Assembly (NCBI GenBank): GCA_041671505.1 | Contig: JBAZBK010000001.1 | Span: 5,582-69,581 of the forward strand | Source of the DNA: Thermoanaerobaculia bacterium | Lineage (GTDB): Bacteria > Acidobacteriota > Thermoanaerobaculia > Gp7-AA8 | Reading direction: 5' to 3' | Length of the DNA stretch: 64,000 nucleotides | Part shown: positions 62,749-64,000 of the stretch, piece by piece | How positions within the stretch are numbered: the first letter of the stretch is position 1 | Layout of the letters: each line of letters opens with the position of its first letter | Position numbers and translations under genes: made by a program | Notes under the pieces: generated by a model | The model's database searches: none | Seen by the model: the letters and a program-made list of their open reading frames with translations, nothing else | Told to the model about the DNA's origin: nothing

Positions 62749-64000
62749 TTACGCTTCGTTCACAATGGCCGCGAGCATGATCGCCGCTTCGGAGCGCGTC
62801 AGGGATCGGTAGGGTTCGAATCGGCCGTTGTTCCCCGAGGCCACACCTGCCTTAACGATGGCGGCGACAAGCTGCCGCTCGGTCGGATCCGTCACGTCGC
62901 TGAAGTCGATGTTGCCACCCGAAGGCAGACCTGCGGCTTGAACAATCATGCGCGCCGCTTCGATGCGCGTGACGTATCGATCCGGCCCGAAGAACCCACC
63001 TTGTCCCGACGCCCACCCGCGCTTAGCGATGGCTGCGATGTACCCGGCGAGCGACGAGCGCGGAGAGACGTCGCTGAATGGGGCAGCTCCAGCTTCGGGA
63101 GAGACCCCTCGGACTCCCGCGAGCATCTTGGCAAACTCGCCGCGCGTCACGAGACCATTCGGGTCGAACGTGCCGTTTCCGCGCCCCTGCACGATGCTGC
63201 GCTCGCGCAGCAGGGCGATCGCTGCGGAGGCATTGCTGCTCGAGAGGACATCGGAGAACCCGGAGTCTCGGGCGAGCGTGACACGCGGGGCGTCATCGAG
63301 GTCCGACTCGTTGCCTACTGCGTCCTCCGCCGTGACCGCGAACGTCCCTATCCCCGTGACGGTCGCGCTGAGTGTGCGCGTCGTGGTCAATTCGACGCCG
63401 GTCTTCCCGGACATCCGGTACACGTGGTACTTCTCGACGTCATCGTCGCTCGGGCTCTTCCACGTGAGCTTCGCTCCGTTGCCAGTGGCCTCAATGCGGA
63501 GGTTCTTCACCGCTCCGGGGGCTTCGACATCGCGTGTGATCGTGATGCTCGCCACGCTCGATGTGCTGCGGTCACTGCTGTACCCGCGAATGGTGAACGA
63601 GTTGTCTCCGTCATCGAGGCTGGCGCGGTACCGCCATTCGTGGCTGACAGAATCGAGTGTCGCAGCCGTCCCGTTCACCTCGACGATCGCGACATCGACT
63701 CCGCTCGTGCCGCGGAGGTCAATCGAAGACGAGTCAGTCGTGAGGTCCTCATCGTCCTTGTTCTTCGGTGAGGTGATTGTGATCGCGACATCGGCAGTGC
63801 CGCTCAGGAATGTGGGAGTGCATGACCGAATGACGTCGGGACTGCCACCGGTGCAGTACGCCGGGAGCGCGCTCGCCACGTTGCGAGTCTTGAGTCCGTT
63901 CGAGCAGGTTCCCCAGTCGCTGTAGGTGAAGGTCGAACACGTCGGCGGGACGAATCGGCAGCTCGACGGGAGCGGACTTGGAATCCCCTCTGCGATGATC
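62749..64000 (-). CDS. S-layer-homology (SLH) domain surface protein, 5'-partial (continues past window end)
   Basis: Three C-terminal SLH repeats (FSDV...G...FxP...VTRxEAAxML) preceded by Ig/Fn3-like beta-rich repeats. The frame stays open upstream of the listed GTG at 63879 through base 64000. Confidence 0.75.
   Translation of the reverse strand, partial: IIAEGIPSPLPSSCRFVPPTCSTFTYSDWGTCSNGLKTRNVASALPAYCTGGSPDVIRSCTPTFLSGTADVAITITSPKNKDDEDLTTDSSSIDLRGTSGVDVAIVEVNGTAATLDSVSHEWRYRASLDDGDNSFTIRGYSSDRSTSSVASITITRDVEAPGAVKNLRIEATGNGAKLTWKSPSDDDVEKYHVYRMSGKTGVELTTTRTLSATVTGIGTFAVTAEDAVGNESDLDDAPRVTLARDSGFSDVLSSSNASAAIALLRERSIVQGRGNGTFDPNGLVTRGEFAKMLAGVRGVSPEAGAAPFSDVSPRSSLAGYIAAIAKRGWASGQGGFFGPDRYVTRIEAARMIVQAAGLPSGGNIDFSDVTDPTERQLVAAIVKAGVASGNNGRFEPYRSLTRSEAAIMLAAIVNEA

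Noticed and set aside
62948-63925. 325-aa ORF on + strand
   Set aside because: Antisense to the SLH-domain gene, Ser/Arg-rich and without motifs.
1-64000. CRISPR arrays, rRNA genes, transposase genes
   Set aside because: All repeats found are palindromic or inverted elements without regularly spaced unique spacers. There are no 16S/23S/5S-like conserved stretches and no transposase-like ORF (DDE or HUH motifs).

Overview
High-GC (about 68%) bacterial chromosomal segment, densely coded and with many translationally coupled genes. The lineage is not determinable from sequence alone; the gene content (NrfHA, cytochrome bd, Reg_prop sensor kinases, an SLH protein, a selenoprotein) suggests a soil or sediment Acidobacteria- or Deltaproteobacteria-like organism.

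Gene content in order:
- argH (5'-partial) and argJ.
- A 10-gene minus-strand operon at 2516-13238, the most unusual feature. It encodes a Rieske oxygenase, an NTF2/SnoaL-like protein, a His-box membrane desaturase/hydroxylase, a PAP2_3 phosphotransferase fused to a squalene/phytoene-synthase domain, two paralogous B12-binding radical SAM enzymes, two GNAT-type acyltransferases and a GH3 acyl-acid amido synthetase. I read this as an undescribed lipid or isoprenoid-conjugate tailoring pathway.
- A CueR/CopA copper module. CopA carries three YHS and two CPMHPE-type metal-binding domains, and its operon has a textbook MerR-type promoter.
- tRNA-Thr, a metallophosphoesterase, and an FNR-like regulator with a cNMP-binding protein next to an operon of an alginate-export-like porin and nrfHA.
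- A Met gamma-lyase-like PLP enzyme.
- A rhodanese / MauE-DoxX / rhodanese trio. The second rhodanese has an in-frame TGA exactly at the catalytic-Cys position, so it is a probable selenocysteine enzyme.
- fadD, a hybrid PAS histidine kinase, a SAM methyltransferase, an IorAB-like Mo-hydroxylase and cydAB with an ABM-monooxygenase gene.
- rnk and tRNA-Arg.
- Two secreted hypothetical proteins, two Reg_prop signalling proteins (one GGDEF, one hybrid kinase), an L,D-transpeptidase, Fur-family regulator with Dps, a CBS protein, a GGDEF-TonB_C fusion, RsuA, a class III cyclase and GluQRS.
- tRNA-Ala followed by an AlpA-like gene and a tyrosine integrase, which marks the start of an integrative element.
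- A partial SLH-domain surface protein at the window edge.

Intergenic DNA is packed with at least five families of repeated palindromic, MITE/REP-like elements. No CRISPR array and no rRNA genes are present.
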